Notes: generated from the letters alone by a model not told the origin. Shown: positions 14,638 through 30,456, numbered from the stretch's first letter. The stretch is 64,000 nucleotides of DNA from Octopus sinensis (GCF_006345805.1 NC_043001.1:117738001-117802000); one strand, 5' to 3'. Translations and numbers: made by a program.

Positions 14638-15126
14638 CTTCAATTAATTTACTTGTTAACTTTATAATTATGCAATATATATAACTTCTAAGTTTAAGAA
14701 GTCACTTGGGAATTATCCCGAAACAAAAAGAAATATGAATATTATAATAAATATAATATTGTAAGTAATAAACTTTAAAGAATTTTGTTAGCCAGAACAA
14801 GTGTCAGTGCGCATGGTCTTTATTTTCATGGGCTGTGGAGGGATGAAAGATGAAGGTGAACTCGGAAGATGATAATAACTTCTAATCAGTTTTAATAAAG
14901 AATCATGAAGAAGGCCTCTTCCGGCTTGCTGCTATTTCTAAAACCTGTCAGTAACAAAGAAGACATATTCCTTCCCACCACTCAACACTCACAACACATG
15001 GGTTTCATTCTATTCTTCTCTTTGATATTCTCTCTTTTCATCTACATGCACGAATTAAAGAACACACAACACACATACATACAGACAAACACATGTTCAT
15101 ATACTCATAGATGCACAGTAACACAC

Positions 15127-15157
<31 letters not shown>

Positions 15158-15456
15158 ATTCCTTCACCTTTCGTTCGGTTCTGCACTGCCTCAGGTTACT
15201 TCTCTTTGTCCTATCATCGACTGTTCTCCTATCGACACCCGACTAACTAATCACACCATCTTACATAGAAGTCAAGCGGCGCCCTCTTTAGTTCTAATTT
15301 AATATGGAACTAAACTTCTTCTCTTGATGACATCACAGATAACTAACTACTTTTGATTAACTATTTTGTAAACATCGTTGTCACTATCGTCATCATCATC
15401 GTCGTCATCACAACCACCTCCATGTCATCTCCAATGACAACTAAAACAATTACGCT

Positions 15457-15457
15457 G

Positions 15458-15517
<60 letters not shown>

Positions 15518-15579
15518 TAATAATAATAATCATAATAATAATAATCATAATAATAATAATAATAATGATAATAATAATA

Positions 15580-15621
<42 letters not shown>

Positions 15622-15694
15622 GAAGAAGAAGAAGAAGAAGAAGAAGAGAAGAAGAAGAAGAAGAAGAAGAAGAAGAAGAAGAAGAATGATAATA

Positions 15695-15758
<64 letters not shown>

Positions 15759-15768
15759 TAATAATAAT
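15457..15768. repeat. Compound (TAA)n/(GAA)n microsatellite
   Basis: Direct inspection. Confidence 0.95.
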
Positions 15769-15769
15769 C

Positions 15770-15962
15770 CTTTCTACTATAGGCATAAGACCTGAAACTT
15801 TGGATGAGAGCGTTAGTGGATTTCATCGACCCCAGTGCGTAACTGGTACTTATTTCATCGGAAGGATGAAAGACAAAGTCAACTTTGGGGAAATTTGATC
15901 TCAGAGTGTAAACAGCTGGAAGAAGTACTGCAAAGTCTTTTCTTCTACGCTCTGGCAATTGT
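15770..15962 (-). mobile_element. SINE family B copy
   Basis: Matches 13541-13736 (GACCCCAGT...ACTGGTACTTATTT...GGATGAAAGACAAAGTCAAC). Confidence 0.7.
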
Positions 15963-16156
15963 ACCCAGAAAGTATATGATGATGACCAAGATCATTAGCT
16001 TGGTGATCAACATCGAAGATTATGATAACGAAAATCATAAACCTGTTAAGTAGATATGGACACTATTATGGTTTTTCATAAAATGTGCATTTTAGATAGA
16101 AATTTTTGTCTAAAAAAAACTTTCTACATAGTTTCAAACGAAGTGGATCGTGTATG

Positions 16157-16192
<36 letters not shown>

Positions 16193-16688
16193 TGTGTGTG
16201 TGTGCGTGTGTGTGTGTGTGTGCTTGTTTGTGTGTGTATGTATAAGGTTTTATCTTAGAATAATCAATGTTCATGAGTAGCTCTTTCACCGAGGCATTTT
16301 GGTTAGACAACAGCTATTTTACATTCTACATTAATCTTTTTTCTTTACTTGTTTATTGCCCTTATATCTTCGAAGAGTTTTTCAATCTGAATCAAGAACT
16401 TAGAAAGTAAAAAGATGCAACGAAATTTGGTGGCGGTGAATTTCGGAGTTCTAGGAAAGTTTTGAACTATTAATTGTAATTTTCAGTTACTATGAAATAT
16501 ATATTTTTTTTCACATAACTTAAATGAGAATATATGTACACTCACACACATACACACACACACATACACGCACGCACACACAAACACACCCATACAGACA
16601 TGCATACACATACACATATATAGAGAAAGAGAATGAGTGAAAGAAAGTGTGTGTGTGTGCGTGCGTGCATACGTGCGCGTGTGCGTAC

Positions 16689-16724
<36 letters not shown>

Positions 16725-17163
16725 TTGTGGCTGTCTGTGTTACGTTTCTATATGTGGGTGTGAGATGTACTAAAAAAGGGTATTGTTTGTGTTCCTATAA
16801 ACCTTCCTGGGGTAATTCCCTCGAAAGCAAATTTCACTTCATTGCCCTCGTCTTAAACTTTCTAATCTTTTTTACTTAACTATTTTCTTTGTCTTTATTT
16901 TCTGATGTTATTCACTAAAACAAACCAAGACTCTTCTTGCGTAAAACAGCGACTTCACACTTAGCACCATTACAGATAATTTCCTTTTATACCTATCTAT
17001 GTGTAAATCCATATGATAGTATATTTCTAAATCTCCACATAAGTTATATATGCATTTATGAGCATATATAAATTAATACACACATATACAAATTTATATA
17101 TCAATTTATGCATATGTATATGTGTGTGTATGTAACTACTCATGATTCTATTTATCTATCTAT

Positions 17164-17206
<43 letters not shown>

Positions 17207-17328
17207 CCAAAGGGCATACAAAGTATGTCTACCTGCTGGAGATAACAGTCAAAACTAATTTAAATCGCCAAAATATTTTCTCGTGAATTATTTGCTCCGT
17301 ATTGAAATTATATATATATGTGTGTGTG

Positions 17329-17395
<67 letters not shown>

Positions 17396-18170
17396 ATACA
17401 TACATACATACATACATACATACATACATACATACATACATACGTATATATGTATATATATGTATGTATGTATCTATGTATCTATGTAAAATATGAGCGC
17501 GTGTCTGTGTTAATGCAGAAAGAGATAAAAACTTTTCCATACTAAGCGTATAACTCACAAATAACTCATGAACATATTTTAATAGAAATAAAATATTATA
17601 TTCTAGAATTTCTTTTAGCTAGATTCCGTTTGAATTAGAAACAGAGATATTATAACGTAACAATGAAATGTCACTGTTTCTGTCATCCATGAATAAAAGT
17701 TTCGTACAAACTATCTTTTTAGTTCAGGAGTTTCTAACATATGATACGTGCTACAACAGGGAACTTCCATCTTTAGCATCTTTTTCGTTATCAACACAGT
17801 TACACGTGTGCGCATGCACGCACACACATGTAACAATAATATTGTTAGTATTAAAATAATAACAATGATAACAAACAGTAACAAAAACCACAACCAAATA
17901 TGTTATATTAATTTACAGTTAACCTTCAATTAATTTAATTATTGTTCAAAGATTTTACGATTTATAAGATGTTAAAATAATTTGTGATTAAATTCTAGTT
18001 AGCGTTACGCTAATGGCACCTAGATACTTTTGATATTCTGCATATTCAGTTACGAACATACGCACAAGTATACACAGACACAGACACATATACACAGAGG
18101 TACACACCCATACATATACACACATCTATATAAATAAATATATATACATATATATACGTATATATATATA

Positions 18171-18202
<32 letters not shown>

Positions 18203-18398
18203 GAATACATACATACATACATACATACATACATTTATACTAGATGTACATCACACAATTACTATTATAAAATCTGCGGAGCCCTCGGCCAATCTTGTAT
18301 AATTTATGTAATTCTTAGTCTGCATTGTGTGCTGTCCATGGATTGTGGTTTTGCTATTTCAAGAAGAAGCATATAAAAACTAATACACGCGCCTCACG

Positions 18399-18432
<34 letters not shown>

Positions 18433-18812
18433 AAAAAAACACATAGACGCATACACACACACACACACAAGTACATGCACGCACATATAAATACATGTAT
18501 GTATTTTATCTGCAGGACTGGACCTGTGTGTGTGTTTATATGTACATGCATGTGAACATACATACATACATACATACATACATACATACATACATACATA
18601 CGTGTGTGTGCGTGTGTGTCTGTGTCTGTGTGTGTGTGTGTGTCTATGCTTTGCTTGCTGGTAAATGGAAACTAATGAATTAAAAGAATTCTCTTTTGAT
18701 TAAGTGTAGAACAATACTATAATCTTGCAACTTGTTCTCTACATTGTTTTGGTTTCTCCTAAATATGGAAGTAACAGCAAGGAATAACCAAGAGAAAAAC
18801 CGAACAGCGAGA

Positions 18813-18852
<40 letters not shown>

Positions 18853-19142
18853 GTGTGTGCGTGCGCGCGTGTGTGTGTGTGTGTGTGCGTGTGTAAATGG
18901 AAGGTGGGGGAGGAAGTTTGCAAGTGGTAATGGCAGCAAGAAAAAAGTTGGCCGAATCTTGAGTTTCGTGTTAACATGAGCCAAAGAACAAAAGAACTTT
19001 TAACAATCGATATTCCCGATCCCTTTCTGGGTTCTACATCACCCCCACCCACCCACCTCAGCTATTTCGCCCTAATCCTTTTATTTATTTATTTATTTAT
19101 TCCATATCTCTCAGTAGTACCGACATTAGCAGTACCACATTT

Positions 19143-19187
<45 letters not shown>

Positions 19188-19398
19188 CCTATCTCTATCC
19201 CCATCTCTATCTCTCTATCCCTATCTCTCTCTCTCTCTATCCCTATCTCTATCTATTTATCTCTATATCTCTCTCTTTCTCTTCTTCCTCTACATTTATT
19301 GCTCCCCATCTATATTTATTTTCCCTTTACTTTACCCTCTTCTCTTGCATTTTACTCTCATCCTCTAACTAATTTTAACTCTCTTTACTTCTTTTAAA

Positions 19399-19476
<78 letters not shown>

Positions 19477-19619
19477 TATATATCCGTCCATCAATCTATC
19501 TATTTATTTGTCTGCCTATTTATCTATCTCTATTCTCACTTTCTTTTCTTTTCTCTTTAACTCTCCCTCTTCTCTCTGCATGTTTTCCCTCCTCCTTACT
19601 CATCCTCTTTCTTACACAT

Positions 19620-19896
19620 ACTCTCTCCTTTCCCTTTCTTACTCTCACTCTCTCCTTTCCCTTTCTTACTCTCACTCTCTCCTTTCCCTTTCTTACTCTC
19701 ACTCTCTCCTTTCCCTTTCTTACTCTCACTCTCTCCTTTCCCTTTCTTACTCTCACTCTCTCCTTTCCCTTTCTTACTCTCACTCTCTCCTTTCCCTTTC
19801 TTACTCTCACTCTCTCCTTTCCCTTTCTTACTCTCACTCTCTCCTTTCCCTTTCTTACTCTCACTCTCTCCTTTCCCTTTCTTACTCTCACTCTCA
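19620..19896. repeat. 27-bp minisatellite, about 10 near-perfect copies
   Basis: Unit ACTCTCACTCTCTCCTTTCCCTTTCTT; explains the SLLSLSYSH and RVRVRKGKE repeat ORFs. Confidence 0.95.
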
Positions 19897-20031
19897 TATA
19901 CGACAATTAAGTTTCCCTTTCAATTTTGCTCCCAATTCAGTTTTTCTTCGTCAAACCCTCTTTCCCCACTTACACTCTCTCACTTTCTCTCTCTCTCTCT
20001 CCCTCTCACGCAGACGCGCACAGAGACACTC

Positions 20032-20074
<43 letters not shown>

Positions 20075-21116
20075 GCACGCACAACATAAAGGCAAAGTAC
20101 ATACACACTCTTTCACTTTCACCTCCATTTAAACCTTTGCTTTTACACATTTTCTTCTCCCTCTTTCTCCATCTTTTTCAAACATTCACTAACACACACA
20201 CACACACGCACACACACACACATATATATATATATATAACTCACATATTTATATACGCATACTTTCTGCTCCTATTTATTCGCGCACCCTTTCCATTTCT
20301 CTTACTCTATCTCCTACCACCCATTGTAGCGAGTGAATTACTCTCCAATTCACCCGCTTCCCGCCATTCCAAGCTGATTGGCGCTGTTTTCTGCCCATCC
20401 CCCTTTCTTAGGAACTTTAGCTGTGTTTTCTTCCCGCCATCCATCTGTTTCTTCGGCCATATATAGACAGCCAAGTAGTAAGCACGTATATATGTATGCG
20501 CTAACATACGCGCGTGCACGCAGACATACGCACAAACACACACACACACACTCACACACATACGCGTGCATACACATACGCGTGCACACACACATACACT
20601 CTCTCTCTCTCTCTTTCTCTCTCTCGCACACACACACACATACACACAAACGCACACATATACACGCAGGAGCTCGCATACTACAGATAAGGTAGTCTCC
20701 GTTAATGCACTTGCACAGAAGTACAATTATTCACGTATATAAACATGCACACACACATACACATATGTACGTATGCATATATGTATGTTATACACACTCT
20801 ATATTTAATATACACACACAGAAGAAGAGAATCATGTGCACGTTGCCAAACAGAAACTCACACACGTCGATATATACTTCACACATATACATTTACACAC
20901 AAATTATTCAAATAAAATAATTAATATCACGAATAAAAATGCTTTTTGATTATACGGAAGTAAAAAATTTTAATTTCTTCACACTTGATAATTATAAACT
21001 CGATTGTTTTAAATTAGTGATAATTGAAAACTGGAACAAAAATACAAATTTCAGTTTTGTAATATCTAAGTTTCTTTGTGCAAGCAATTCACGTATGTTA
21101 ATGCAATACACAGTTT

Positions 21117-21147
<31 letters not shown>

Positions 21148-21177
21148 CACACACACACACACACACACACGCACACA

Positions 21178-21213
<36 letters not shown>

Positions 21214-21401
21214 CAACGTGTGTGTGTGTCTGTAAACTTGCATGTATATCCAAAGTTTTGTTGGTATGCATACAAGCAAATCACATGGATGCAATTTTAA
21301 GCATTAATATTTAGTAGTGTATTTTAGACGCAACCCAGTTATCATAATGTGTCCATATATATATATATATATGTGAGTGTGTGTATGTGTGTGTATGTAT
21401 G

Positions 21402-21472
<71 letters not shown>

Positions 21473-22402
21473 ATATAATAACGTTTGTCTACATAATGCC
21501 AATTTATAAAATAACAAAAGAAAATGATAAAAAGACAAGATGTTAATCTGAACAATAGCACGAGAAAGTTTCAACAAAGGGTGGACGAGAAAGGATAGAT
21601 GGTTATTTGAGCTTGCGAGAATGAGACAGCGAGCAAGTGAGATGGCGGGAGAAAAACCGAAGTAAAACAAGAGAAGTTGAGATATGGAACACACAAATAA
21701 AAGAGAATAAATTGTAAGTTGATTAGTATGCAGATATATATATAAACACATACATATATTCATACATGCATGTGTGTGTGTGTGTGTGTGTGTGTGCAAC
21801 ACACACACACACATATATATATTGTTCAGTTGTTTTCGTGAGAGAGAGAGGAAGAAGGAGAGAGATACAGTGAATGAGTTAGTGGGTGAAAGAGTTTAAG
21901 AGAGAACGTTTAAGAAAGAGCAGGTGAGAATGAGTTTAAAAGAGAGCAGGTGAGAAAAGAGAGAATGATTGAAAGAGAATGAAAGAACTTTATATCAAAT
22001 GACAATATCATCTTCATCGCCAAGTTGCCATGATTTGATTTTATTTATTTATTTATCGCGGCACATTTCAGAATGGCACATTTCAGAATGGCACAAAAGT
22101 TGTCTGTACGACATGAATAATGGCAATCATGACGACCATGACGACAACGACAAGAAAGACAATGGCAAAAATGATATTGGTTCTGAAGAGAATGGTGGTG
22201 CTGATGGGGGGGGGAGGAGGAGGAGGAAATTTTAAGAATAAGAGTAGGGAGCAAAATGGAGGATAGTAATGGTAAAAGTTTCTTTATATTCTGATGTTGT
22301 TTCATATCGGGTTTATTTTGTTTCAGAGACGTTTCGGTTTGTAAGTAGCTGATATATAGAAGATGGAAATAATTTTAATTAATTAATTAATTAATTATTA
22401 TT

Positions 22403-22486
<84 letters not shown>

Positions 22487-24811
22487 CATCACTAACATCA
22501 TCATCGTTTAAGTAAAACCACTGAAGATGACTTTGCGATAGATTGGAGGAAACGGGCGAAATGTTGAAGTTACTTCAGATCTTGCCTCAAACTGAATTTA
22601 TAAATAACAATATCGATCGCTTTTATTGTTTATGACTTCGTTTGAAGTTCTTGCTAATTACGTTAATATTACTATTATTTTTTTTATTTGTTTGTTTGTT
22701 GTCACAGTTTAGCCCTGAATGAATTCACCGATGACCAAAAGCGTTCTAGCCGTGACTTTCCTATCTTTTATCCAGGACCACATTAACCAATGGCCCCTTT
22801 TCTTAAATCGGAAGGACATGTTTTTTTTTTGGGGGGGTGGAGGTTTGGTTGTTATTTCTAACAGTTATGGCGATCGTGTAGAGACTAGCTCTCTCGTTGA
22901 TTGTACAGAAGGCTTGCAACCTTTCAAGTGTTTCTAGAACATTATCTAATGTATATTGTCCTTATTACTGTTGACAGTGTGTTATTTGATGGTGATCTGA
23001 CTATTATTTCTAGTAAATCAGGCGACCACATAAGGCTCTCACGTTGGTTTGTTGTTGTTGTTGTTGTTGTTGTTGTTAAAGTGGTTTTGCTAGTTGTTGA
23101 CAATAAACTTTAATTGTATTGGATATAATTGATGTCTGTCTAATTGTAGCTTGTTGTTTCTTTGTGTGTTTATTTTATATTAGCTTTTTAATAACTTTCT
23201 ATTAAACTTGTGGCAATTAAAGAACAACGTATTGTCATTATTATTATTATTATTATTAAAAGAAATCATCAAAAGGTAAAACGAATCATTATTATTTACA
23301 AAAGAAATCATTATTAGTATTATTGCTGATATTCATTTGTTCAATTATAATTGCTATTGTTTCTCTGTGACAGTTGTTATTCTTGTGGTTATTACTAGTG
23401 TAACTATTAACAACTATCATTGTCCTAATCATTAGGCTAACGAAAATCAGGATGATATTATTACCGGGGATGTGTTAATTGTTGTTGTTGTTGTTTAGTC
23501 TAAGGTCTATTCTTATTGAGTAGATCTATTATCAAAGCTTGCCAACTGTGGCCATCCAGATGTTTTTTGTTTTGTTTTATTTTTCAGAGAGTTGTGTCTA
23601 AAATTATACTACCCAATATGTCCTTCCAACCCGTTTTTTTTTTCTTTTTTATAATAGGATGTGTGATTTGAAATTTGGTTAATATTTCTAGTAGGTCACT
23701 CGATCACGTAAAGGTTGTCTCATTGGCTTGTTGATGTTGTTGCTGCTACTGTCGTTGTAATTGCTGTTGATATTGCTTGTATTGTTGTTGCAACTCTGTA
23801 CTGTTAATGATGATGCTGATATTATTGTTTGTCTTTTCCTAAGTATCCCTGCTCGTGCGTCAGTAGTTTTATTGCTGCCATTGTCGTTACTGTTAAAGTT
23901 AATTTTAGTATTTATCACTAATGATATCACTCATCAACGTTGCTGTTATGGTTGTCTATTTGCAAATTCTATTTTTCTGTTGAAAGTTTAACATGAAGCT
24001 CACAACGACGATTATATCGACAATGATGATGGTAAGGAGGAGGAGGAGGAGGAGGAGGAGGAGGAAAATAAAGAGTAAGAGGAAGAGGATTAAGAGAAAA
24101 ACATTGTTAATATTGTTGATGCTTTTACCTTTATTTTTTTTTGTCTTAATTGTGAATGGTCATAATTCGTTCGAATGACATTACCATGTCACAGACAATT
24201 GATAGTTTGCATGCAGTGAAGACATAGTAAAATCCAGACAACTGCCACAACTAAAATTAAATGAAGTTATCTAAATACGTTTAACTAACATCTTAATGAC
24301 TTCAAGTTTATTTAACGTTTATGAAAAGTTTATTGAACGCTTTAATGATGAATTAGAAGGAATATCTAAGCAAACAATTCTTACGAATTCGGCGAAGACA
24401 CATTAATATGAGTGAGCACATCTTCTTGAGCATGGCTACGTCCATGTAATAAAATCTGACGATAAATCTGAATTTGGCTGTGAATATGCATATTTGTACG
24501 AGTGTGTCAGTGTGTCTGTTTATGCAACTGGGCATATGTAAGTGAATGTGTAAAAATCACTGTTTGCAAATATGTGGGTATGTTATTGTGAATATGTCAC
24601 AGAACGGGTGTATAGGGTGTATATGCATGCGTTGACAGTGTATGTTAAGAGGGAGTTCATGTGACAGTGAGTGCGAACGTGTGTGTAAGTACGAAAAATG
24701 TTTTGTGACCGTATGAGTATACCTACATGACATTGAACGTAAGTATGTTCGTGCATGTGCATCTGTATGTGTTCGTGCGTGTGTCTGTCTGTCTGTCTGT
24801 GTCACTCTGTG

Positions 24812-24858
<47 letters not shown>

Positions 24859-26289
24859 AAGAAAGAGAGAGAGAAAGAAAGTGCGTGTGTCTGTGTGTCT
24901 GTGACTATGCTAGACAATCGTGTACGAATTGGTGTGTTTATGTACGTCAACCTATCTAATGTCATACAACAAATATTGATTAGTGTCCTGAAATAGTCGC
25001 TACAAGACAGGATTCAGTTAAATAATACAACCAAATATACACTTGCAGTAGGTGTGTATGTCCATGTATCCATATATGCGAGCGTGTGTGTTAGTTTTAT
25101 TCGTCTAAGGATGAATTGTATGTGTATGTCAACGTGTTCTTGTATGCTAACAAACACGTTTTTGTATATATGAGTGTGCATCATTATCTATGCATTCGTA
25201 TGTACCGTGCGCACATATACATATACTTATGCAAATGCACACTCCTTCGACAGTATACACACAAAGAGATGGAAATGTACGTTTACAACCAAGCTTACTC
25301 ATGCATATTAACCCACCCACAGATGAGTACATATTCATACACATGAGAAAACGTTCATGGAGCATGTAGCTGTAACATGTGTAAACATGTATACCACCAA
25401 AAGTGGAGAAGGGAGAAGAGAGAAGAGACAACATTTTTACTATAATTCAAATAAATACTCGATAAGGGAATTAACAGAAAGAAAAGAGAAGAATGTTATT
25501 TGAAAATCTTAGAACTAGTTTATTCTGAGACTGGGGAACAGTCTCAACTGTGAGAATTAGAAAATTAAGCTTAAAAACAACACCTATGGGTTGTTTACAA
25601 GGAGGCTTTATGACATGGTATGTGATTCAGGTATTTTACAAGAGTAGTAGCGACAAAGAAATGTTTTTCAGATGCCCTGATGACTCTGCTAATCCACTTC
25701 AGGCGCAAGAGCTCACATTTAGAGAAAAGGAGAAATGAGATTGTGTAATGTTCATGACTTTCTTAAGGACAAAGTGACAGTAATTATTCATTCCAATTAA
25801 TAATAATAATTTCTTTTAATAAGCCACATGGAATGTTTTGTAGTTATGGTAATACATACAACTTTCGTATACATACATACATACATACATACATACATAC
25901 ATACATACTACATACATACGCACATATATACATACATACATACATACATACATACATACATACATACATACATACACGCATATATGCATACATAAATACA
26001 TACACACATACATACATACATACATACATGCATACGTATGTACACATGTTTGTATATGTGTATGCCTTTACTTTGGTTTCTAAAATAAAGACAGAAGCTC
26101 GCTCCAAGCTAGAATTTGAATAACAACAGCGATTATTGTTACATAATGAACTTTAGAAAAGTCTTGCATATTTTTACTGTTCCACTTGCGGGTTATGTCT
26201 ATAAAGTGTTAGGTGTTGTCTTTACTTGAAAAGCTAAGCTTTTCCAGATTGTAACTTAGATATTTACTAACGTAAATTTATAAACAGGG

Positions 26290-26420
26290 CAGAGAAGCTG
26301 CATACTTCAAAACAGTTGTCCATAAGAGTATCATGATTTTCTTTACTGTCAAGAATAACTATATCAAGCTTTGTTACGTTTGCCCTTGAAGTTTTGATGG
26401 GAATGTTACAGGGAATTCCT
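26290..26420 (-). mobile_element. Small relic of an RLE-LINE endonuclease region
   Basis: IPCNIPIKTSRANVTKLDIVILDSKENHDTLMD resembles the W-x-x-x-I-x-TD...PDIV-x-x-D RLE motif and the equivalent segment at 41881-42108. Confidence 0.45.
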
Positions 26421-27029
26421 TGTCTTGATATGTATGTATTATAAGTGTCTGTGTATGCCTGTATGTATGAATGTATGTATGCATGCATCTATTTATGAAT
26501 GTATTAATGGTTCTCGTTTTGACAACTCCCAAAGAGAAGTATAACAAATGTCGACTGCAAAAAGATTTAACACCAAGACGCCAGACTAATAACATAAAAC
26601 AGAACCCATAATTTGCTACTGTCACGTTCTGCACGACTAGGCATCCCATTAAAAACCATAAGGGTGGTGATTTCTTCCGCTATATATATTTTTTTATTAT
26701 TTTATTTTTAATCTTGCTTTTTCGTTTTTTTATTTACCGGGATGGAGATTAGCATTGTTTGTTGAATCAACACGGGAATATAATCGGCAAAATACCATTA
26801 ATCCGCGAGACACCGTCGATGTTTCATATAATTCTCTATCGATAGTTTCATATTGATGATACTGATTTTTATATTTGGCCCAAACAACTTACAACGTTCA
26901 TGGCAGTTTCCAAAAGACTCATCAAGTAATTGGAATGGCTCTAAACCAAAAAAATAGGCAAGAACTATGGACATCTAAACGACTACTACGACGATGACAA
27001 CAAAGGATGAGAAAAGTAGTAGTAGTAGT

Positions 27030-27081
<52 letters not shown>

Positions 27082-27118
27082 GGTGATGGTGGTGGTTGTG
27101 GCGGCGGAGGCGGTGGTG

Positions 27119-27166
<48 letters not shown>

Positions 27167-27983
27167 TAGTAGTAGTAGTAGTAGTTACACCAAAACTTCT
27201 TAAGACCACAGCAATAGTACAATAACAGCAGGTAGCAAATTATGATATATTTCCTATAGCTACGTATATAGCATATGACAGTTACACACGTGTACATAGT
27301 GTGTGAGTATGTATGTGTACGTGTTTATGTATGCATATATATGAGTGTTTATATGCACAAAATAGTGAAACAGAATATACTGCTTTTATTTTTCTTTTAT
27401 AATTTTATAGTCATCACCAACAATAATCGTAATCATATATGCCAGTTGTCACGTGGCACATAATAATTCTGCAAATGACATTAGACAACACGAACACACA
27501 CACACACACACACACAGACGTGCACGCACACACACACACACACATATGTGTGTGTGTGTACAAATATATATATATGTACAGACACAATGACAGTCATAGT
27601 ATCTGCCCCCCTCCCGCTTTCTCTCCCCTCCCACTACCTTGAGTTCTTGAAAGAGTGAAATAATTGGAGTGAGACACAGGAAAGTAGTACCTGAGAGGCT
27701 ATTTAAATGCTGTCTTATAAAACAGACATACATACAAGCACAATCGTGAAAACAAACACGTTGAGCACACCTGCAATACACGAAGAAAGGTTTGTCGACG
27801 ATGATGCAATGCAACGAGATCAAAATTGAAAGTAAATTAAGAAGAAAGACGGACGGGGGGGGAGGGGAGAAATTGCGAGGGAAGGATTCTGGGAAAAATA
27901 ACAAGTAACAAAACCTTTTAGAAAACAAACATGAATAAATAAGAGTATAAAATATGCATGCGTATATGTGTATATCTCTATAA

Positions 27984-28016
<33 letters not shown>

Positions 28017-28211
28017 TGTATGTATGTATGTATGTATGTATATATGTATGTATGTATATATGTATGTATATATGTATGTATATATGTATGTATATATGTA
28101 TGTATATATGTATGTATGTGTGTGCATATATATATGTATATACACACACATACATGCATACATACATACATATATATATATATATGACTATGTGTGTATG
28201 TATATATATAT

Positions 28212-28247
<36 letters not shown>

Positions 28248-28559
28248 CATACACGCACAAATAGATAGATAGATAAATAGAGAGATATATGTATATATAC
28301 ATACATATATTCATGCAAACATGTATGTATATATATATTCACACACACACATGGATATGTGTATATATATATACATACAAACATATATATATATATACAC
28401 ACATATAAATGAAGTCTGTCTGTCTGCCTGTCTGTCTCTCTGTATGTATATATGTATTTATCTATCTATCTACCTCTATATCTATCTATCTATCAATGTA
28501 TCTATGTATCCGTTAAGTGAAATACAGAGTAAACACTAACAGTATTATCAGTTGAAGCG

Positions 28560-28960
28560 TTGTAAAGCATTTTTCATCGTGCTATCAAAATCTGAAAGGT
28601 TAAAACGAACAGACCGCCTCCTATTGTCTGATATAAGCGTGAGGAGAGAAGGAGGACTACCTGGCTTCATGTCTCCATACCCACACAAACCACTGCTCTA
28701 TGACACGCGTGTACGATCACTTGGAGTTTTTCCGAATAGCGACATACAACGGAGAACGTGGTCGCTGATCTGATTAGGAGCCAATTACAGGTGTGACAAG
28801 AAGACGTCCAGGTGTGTCAACTACGACAAGCATGAGGCAGACACACGCCGACATTTCAAAGGGTCAGATAACTCAACACCACAACCCGTGTATTAACAGC
28901 ATCAGTGAAGCTAGTACACAGCTGAGTATAGACACGAAGCGAGAGTAATAACAATGTAAA
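28560..28960. promoter_or_regulatory. Candidate intronic enhancer with clustered E-boxes
   Basis: Non-repetitive CpG-containing island between microsatellites. CAGGTG at 28788 and 28809, CAGCTG at 28919, CCAAT at 28781. Confidence 0.35.
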
Positions 28961-29064
28961 AGAATAAAGACAGCTTTTTCAGCATACATTACTACCGTAT
29001 AATTCTAATTGTAAATACATGATAGAATTTCACATTCCATTCTTCTTATTCCCCTCCCACTACT

Positions 29065-29126
<62 letters not shown>

Positions 29127-30456
29127 CTCTCTTTCTCTTTCTGTCACTGTCGATATCTCAATTTGTCTGCTTTTCCATTAATTGTCCATTGTCAGTCAAT
29201 ATGTATGTTCCCCTTTCACTCCGTTAGTCTCTCCTTTCTCACAAACTTCTTGCTTGTTGATGTTGAGAGTTGTATCTCTGTTCACAAATGCAGATGATTA
29301 CATTTCTTTGTTCGAAGAAAGAAAAAGGGAGAATAATATATTAGGATTTTTGATTCGGTGTTGCACGCCTCTTTCTTTTATCGTCCTTCTCCTCCTCCTC
29401 CTCCTCACCATTATCAACACTATCCTTCTCTTCCGATTCTTCCTATTCCTCCTTCCTCTCATCCTTATCATCATTCTCATCATCGTTATGTGCACTTAAC
29501 AGGAAACACACTGACCAATAAATACGTACAAATGCACGTAACAACTACCACCAACTACAACGATCAGTAACACTTTCTTTATCACCATTGTCATCCCTAG
29601 CATTATCCCCACATCAACATCATCCTCACATCATCATCATCATCATCATCTCCGCATCATCATCTCCGCATCATCATCCCCGCATCGTCATCATCCTTAA
29701 CATCATGGTCATCCTCAAACATCTATTATTATTGACGTGTTAGTATTAGCCTCACTTTCCAACCTCTAAACACTCATCACTATTGCTCTCGTTCTCACTG
29801 TCACCGCTGCTTTCACAACTAATTCCATTGTATCCACTGACATTTATTTACACCTTCAGCATCAGTACAACACCTCCAGCCAACGTGGAAATTTCTACGA
29901 GGTCCCTCGACCTGCCAGCTATTCCAGCCAAATCTCTGTGAAATCACACATTACAGTTTTAAAACAGGTCACGTTCCGAGTTCTCAGTCTATAGGAAAAT
30001 GATAGGGTGGTCACAGTTGGAATGCCTTTGATCATAGTTCTGCTCGATTAGTGCTGAATGAGGTTTAAACAACATCTCCAGTACATTCACTACAAACTGA
30101 CAAAGCTTCTCTAATGGAAATTCATTTACTATGCGATCAGCACGCATTGGTGGTGATTGTTGATTATCACGTGTCTCAGTATACGTGTCGACACGCATCC
30201 ACTTTCATATGAGATTGTTTATATGTCGGCATGGCAAAACTAAGTATCTCAGTAGTATTGCTGAAAGTTACTCATATCCTTCAAAATCTTTATTCCAAAC
30301 TCATTCGACTTGCATATACAAAGAAATTACGGTTGTAATATGTTAAGGAATGAAGATTCGTTTAAAATACGTTATAGGTACACATACGTGCACACACACA
30401 CACACACACACATTCATATATATATATATATATATATACACATGCTCACACACATA

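Noticed and set aside
19620-19896. CRISPR-like array
   Set aside because: Head-to-tail repeats with no spacers, in eukaryotic context with no cas genes.
22518-22570. Hammerhead-like CTGAAGATGAC...GGCGAAATGTTG, plus weaker traces at ~9195-9225 and ~46475-46525 (minus strand)
   Set aside because: Core or stems are broken and no complete three-way junction can be drawn; at most dead Penelope-type remnants.
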